A stretch of DNA of 64,000 nucleotides from Mobula hypostoma. Its lineage: Eukaryota. The stretch's first letter is position 1. Every line of letters begins with the position of its first letter. The notes beneath the pieces were generated by a model, which had not been told where the DNA came from, made no database searches, and saw only the letters and a program-made list of their open reading frames with translations. Positions 59,275-64,000 of this stretch are shown here, one piece after another. The stretch is taken from positions 35,838,001 to 35,902,000 of the forward strand of contig NC_086108.1 in the NCBI RefSeq assembly GCF_963921235.1. Reading direction: 5' to 3'. The translations under genes and the position numbers were made by a program.

Positions 59275-62200
59275 AGAACACAAGAAATAGGAGCAGGAGT
59301 AGGCTATCCGGCCCGACTGCCTGCTCCGTCATTCGATAAATTCATGGCTGATCTGGCCATGGACTCATCTCCACCTACCTGCCTTTTCCCCATGACCCTT
59401 AGTTCCCCTACTATGCAAAATTCTATCCAACCTTGTCCTAAATACATTTACTGAGGTAGTTTCCACTGCTTCATTGGGCAGAGAATTCCACAGATTCACC
59501 ACTCTCTGGGAAAAGCAGTTCCTCCTCATCTCCATTCCAAATCTACTTCCCCGAATCTTGAGGCTGTGTCCCCTCGTTCTGGTCTCACCTACCAGAGGAT
59601 CATTTTTTCAATCTTTCTAAACAAAACCAGCCTCTGAAACACAACACTACTGAGTCCCCTAATCCGAAATTAAACAGAATTGAGGATCTTTCACTTTACA
59701 AGAGCAGATTAAGAAATTGAAATTCTATTGCCTCATTTTCATGCATTTTTTACTTGAGGTTATGACCCCAGTTCTAGTCTCACCCACCTGTGGAAACAAC
59801 TTTTCTACCTCTGTCTTATCTATCCCTTTCATAATTTTATATGTTTCTATAAGATCTCCTCTCATCCTTCTGAATTCCAGCGAGTACAGTCCCGGACGAC
59901 TCAATCTCTCCTCACAGTCTAACCCCCTCATCTCTGGAATCAACCTGGTGAACCTCTTCTGCACTGCCTCCAAGGCCAGTATATCCTTCCTCAAGTAGGA
60001 GGCAAGAACTGCATGCAGTACTCCAGGTGTGGCCTCATTAGTACCCTGTACAGTTGTAGCATAACCTCACTGCTCTTAAATTCAATCCCTCTAGCAATGG
60101 CCAACATTCCATTTGTCTTCTTGATAGCCTGCTGCACCTGTAAACCAACCTTTTGTGATTCATGCACAAGCACTCCCAAGTCCCTCTGCACAGCAACATG
60201 CTACAATTTTCTACCATTTAAATAATAATCTGCTCTTCCATTTTTCCTTCCAAAGTTGCATTTACCAACATTGTACTCCATCTGCCAGACCATTGCCCAC
60301 TCGTTTAACCGATCTATATCTCTCTGCAGACTCTCTGTATCCTCTGCACAATTTTCTTTTCCACTTGATTTAGTGTCATCAGCAAACTTAGATACACTAC
60401 ACTCGATCCCCTCTTCCAGAATGCTAATGTATATTGTGAACAGTTGTGGGCACAGCACTGACCCCTGCAGCACACTGCCCACCACTGATTGCCAACCAGA
60501 GAAACACCCATATATCCCAACTTCCTGCTTCCTATTGGCTAACCAATCCTCTATTAATGCTAATACATCACCACCAACTCTGTGCATCCTTATCTTATGG
60601 TTGTCTTTTATGTGGCATCTTATCGAACGCCTTCTGGAAATCCAAGTTAATAACATCCGTCTGTTCCCCTCTATCCATTGTGCTTATTATATCCTCAAAG
60701 AACTCTAGTAAGTTTGTCAAACAGGACCTGCCTATGGTGAATCCATGCTGCGTCTGCCTGATGAGTCCATTTCTTTCCAGATGCCTCGCAATTTCTTCCT
60801 TAATGATAGCTTCAAGCATCTTCCCAACTACAGACATTAAACTGATTCACCTATAGTTACCTCCCTTTGGCCTGCATCCTTTTTTGAACAGTGGCGTGAC
60901 ATTCACCTTCTTCTAATCCACCGGAACCTGTCCAGAGTCGAGAGTATTTTGGCAAATTATCACCAAAGCCTCAACTATAACTTTGCCATTTCTTTCTGTA
61001 CCCTGGGGTGCATTCCATCAGGACCAAGGGACTTGTCCATCTTTACACCCACAAGTTTGCTCAGCACTGCCTCTTTAGTGGTAGTTATTGTATTGAGTAC
61101 TCACCTCCCATCAGATCCATAACATCTTTCTTTGATGTGTTAGATGTGTCCTCCACCATGAAGACCAACACAAAATAGTCATTCAAGGCCTCAGATATTT
61201 CCTCATTACCCAATATCAATTCACCCTTCTCGTCCTCCAAGGGACCTATGCTCACTTTGGCCAAACTTTTCTGCTTTACATAATTATAAAAACCTTTATT
61301 ATCTGTTTGTATATTTTGTGCTAGTTTATTTTCATAATCTATCTTCCCTTTCTTTATTGCCCGCTTAGTGGTTCTTTGTTGCTTTTTAAAGTTTTCCCAG
61401 TCTTCCAGTTTCCCACTACTTTTGTTGACTTTGTACACATGAGCTTTTAGTTTGATGCCTTCCTTGATTTCCTTAGTTATCAATGGCTGGCTCTCCCCAC
61501 CCTTACTGACCTTGCTTTTAACTGGAATATACTTCTGCTGAGCATTGCGAAGATTCTCTCTGAAAATCTTCCACTGTTCCTCAACCATCCTACCATATAG
61601 CCTGTGTTCCCAGTCTACCCTAACCAACTCCTTATTTGTCTCATTGTAGTCTCCCTCATTTAGGCATAACTCACTGGATTTAGATCAAACTATTGCACTC
61701 TCCATTTGATTGAGAAACTCAGTCATACTGTGATCACTCTTACCAAGAGGATCTCTAACTACAAGATTGCTAATTTTACCTATCTCATTGCACAGGACCA
61801 GATTCAAGTTAGCATGTTCCCTTGTAGGTTCAGTAGCATGCTGTTTGAGAAAGCTATCACCTATGCATTCTGTGAAGTCCTCCTCAAGACTGCCTCGACC
61901 AACTTGATTCACCCAATCTACGTGCAAGTTAAAGTCCCCCTCGATAATTGCTGTTCCATTCTTACATGACTCAGATAGTTCTCAGTTTATTGCCTGTGCC
62001 ACTGTAATGTCATTATTTGGTGGCCTTTAGACAGCTCCCACCAGTGATTCTTTTTTCCCTTTACTATTCCTAATCTCTACCCAGATGTATTCAACATTCT
62101 GCTCCTTAGATCTTATATCACCTCTCACTATCGCCCTGATCTCATCCTTAATTAAGAGCACTATCCCACCTCCCTTACTTTCCTGCCTATCCTTACGTAT

Positions 62201-62800
62201 TACCTGATATCCTTGGATACTTAATTTCCAATCCTTTCCACCCTGCAACCATGTCTCTGTAATGGCCACGAAATCATACCTTTTATACTGATTTGTTCCA
62301 CAAGTTCACCTACCTTGTTACGAATACTACGAGCATTCAGATAAAGTGCCCTTTTTCTTTTACCTTATCGGTACTTCTCCAATCTGTTGACCTCACCCTC
62401 CCCCCCCGATATTTAGTATAAAGCACTATTCACAATGCTAGTTCTGCAATTCGCAGGATCAAGGCCCCATCTCGGTTCAGGTGGAGCCTGTCCCAGTGGA
62501 ACAGCTCCCTCGTTCCCCAGTACAGCTGCCAATTTCCCATGAATTGAAACCCACTTCTCCCACACCAATTCTTCAGCCACACATTTAATACTCTAATCTT
62601 TTTAACTCTATGCCAATTTGCATGTGGCTCAGATAGTAATCCAGATATTACCACTTCTTTTGTTTTGCTTTTTAATTTAATCCCCAGCTGCTCAAATTCT
62701 CTCAGCAGAACCTCTTTCCTCATTCTACTTGTGACATTGATACCCACATGGACCACAACAACTGGATCTTTCCCCTCCCATTGCAAATTCCTCTCCAGGT
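59275..62800 (-). mobile_element. Long defective CR1 LINE (ORF1 SGNH, endonuclease, RT) plus a separate 3' end at 59275-59596
   Basis: ORFs 62430-62786 (PVVVVHVGIN..VVISGLL..DRLHLN), 62027-62269 (MAITETWLQ), 61685-61927 (LGKSDH), 60595-60837 (LDFQKAFDK), 60201-60656 (SKFADDTK), 59725-59994. Confidence 0.93.
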
Positions 62801-63034
62801 CAGATATTTTTTTCTTCTAGAACCTAAAGACAGATGGCAGAATTTTTAATTTATGTCTAAGATGGTTAGGGATGATGCCAGAAACCACTTCACTAATAGT
62901 TATGAAAGTCTGGAAGATTATCTGCCAAAATCTGCTGAGAAAAGGTAAAAACTGAGATTGACAACTGTCTGTTCAGCAAAGGCTCAATGTTGATGCAATT
63001 ATAAAGAGAAGGTAGAGTTAAAATACAGATCATC

Positions 63035-63263
63035 TGAAGCACCTTCAATTACTCCAAAAGACTGAGGTTTGGTAAAATACTGAAAGGCTTTTATTCGCTG
63101 TACAATACGACCTCCACAGTGAGTGTCTGCCCCCGGACTGAGGGGGAGGGGCAAGGCGAACACCTTTATACAGGACTCTGTGGGAGGAGCCACAGGGTCA
63201 GTCAGCAGAGGGGTGTGTCCAGACAGGTAACCGAGTTACAACATATATACATGGTTTACCACA
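63035..63263 (-). repeat. 3' LTR of the Gypsy element
   Basis: Starts TGTGGTAAACC just after the polypurine tract AAAAAAGGAGGGG; contains TATAAA (about 63165) and AATAAA (about 63090); the CA end at 63035 is inferred. Confidence 0.7.
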
Positions 63264-64000
63264 TTCACCCCTCCTTTTTTTAAAAAGAGTCCCGCGGGGT
63301 GAAGTGACTGACAATATTTACGAGAAGTATATTTACAGGTTAAGTCTATCAGGCGGTCGAGTCCGTCGCTGTGATCTACGTAGCACCGGCGGTGATTGCA
63401 CCGGCGATGGCGGTTGTGCTGGCTCCGGCCTGACTTCAGGTGCCAGCACGTTAGGCATCGGTAATCCCTCGTGCGTGTGCGTCGCGCCCGGTATGGGAGT
63501 GTCGTGTGGTGTCTGTATAGGGTTTGGGGTGCACGGTGTCTCGTAGGTACATACATTGGTGGGTACGGGGTCAATAGTCACCACGGAGTGTTCAGGGTAG
63601 GGGCCCGGAGCTCCTGCGGGCGCCAGGTCGCGGATGGAGACCGCGTCCTCGCACCCATCAGGTAAAACCACGTAGGCATACTGGGGGTTCGCATGAAGTA
63701 AGTGAATCCTCTTGACCATCGGGGAGTATTTATTGCTCCTCGCATGTTTCCGAAGCAGCACTGGCCCCGGGGACGTCAGCCAAGTTGGTAGGGTGAACCT
63801 TTTGCCGGCAAGATAGTGCCTCCAGTGCCTTATAGCTTCCACTGTGGCCTGGGCCTCTTTCTCTACCGCAGAGTGCCGAATTTCAGGGCCTTGAAGGGTA
63901 TGGGAGAAGAACGCCACTGGTCTTCCTGCCTGGTTGAGGGTAGCAGCCAGCGCAAAGTCGGAGGCGTCACTCCCTACTTGGAAGGGAATGGCCTCATCCA
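63035..64000 (-). mobile_element. Ty3/Gypsy LTR retrotransposon 3' part with integrase core deleted; runs off the window
   Basis: Minus frame DEAIPFQVGSDASDFALAATLNQAGRPVAFFS..HSAVEKEAQA.VEAIRHWRHYLAGKRFTL (RNase H) joined to PTWLTSPGPVLLRKH..HANPQYAYV..LRRSQRRTRPPDRL; PPT and LTR follow. Confidence 0.9.

Overview
Repeat-dominated eukaryotic intronic or intergenic DNA. The repeat inventory points to a cartilaginous fish, probably a ray (inference): CR1 LINEs with SGNH ORF1, Rex1/Babar, GIY-YIG Penelope-like elements (PLEs), V-SINEs, RTE derivatives, and Tc1/mariner and Harbinger MITEs. No complete host gene is visible. All long, recognisable ORFs in the track are retroelement fragments or their antisense shadows. 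The best host-exon candidate is a 35-nt segment with canonical splice sites at 8565-8599. The most system-like signal is a set of PLE terminal repeats carrying a minimal type I hammerhead ribozyme (AGUC-CUGACGA-A-GGGU.CUCG.GCCC-GAAACGUC/GACU). Three copies keep an intact core and several are degenerate. Many are 95-600 bp insertions flanked by 11-16 bp target-site duplications (TSDs), and several are palindromes with one tailed arm and one untailed arm. Other notable items: a three-copy non-coding retroposon starting with a YY1-type motif, a mariner MITE made of two inverted 3' ends with five TIR copies, a Harbinger MITE with a Myb/SANT remnant plus a LINE-like C-terminus, a HERO (R2-group) fragment, a Gypsy element with an in-frame integrase deletion, a 277-bp local duplication and two candidate enhancers. 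Boundaries of old, decayed repeats are approximate. Family names come from motif recognition, not database searches.
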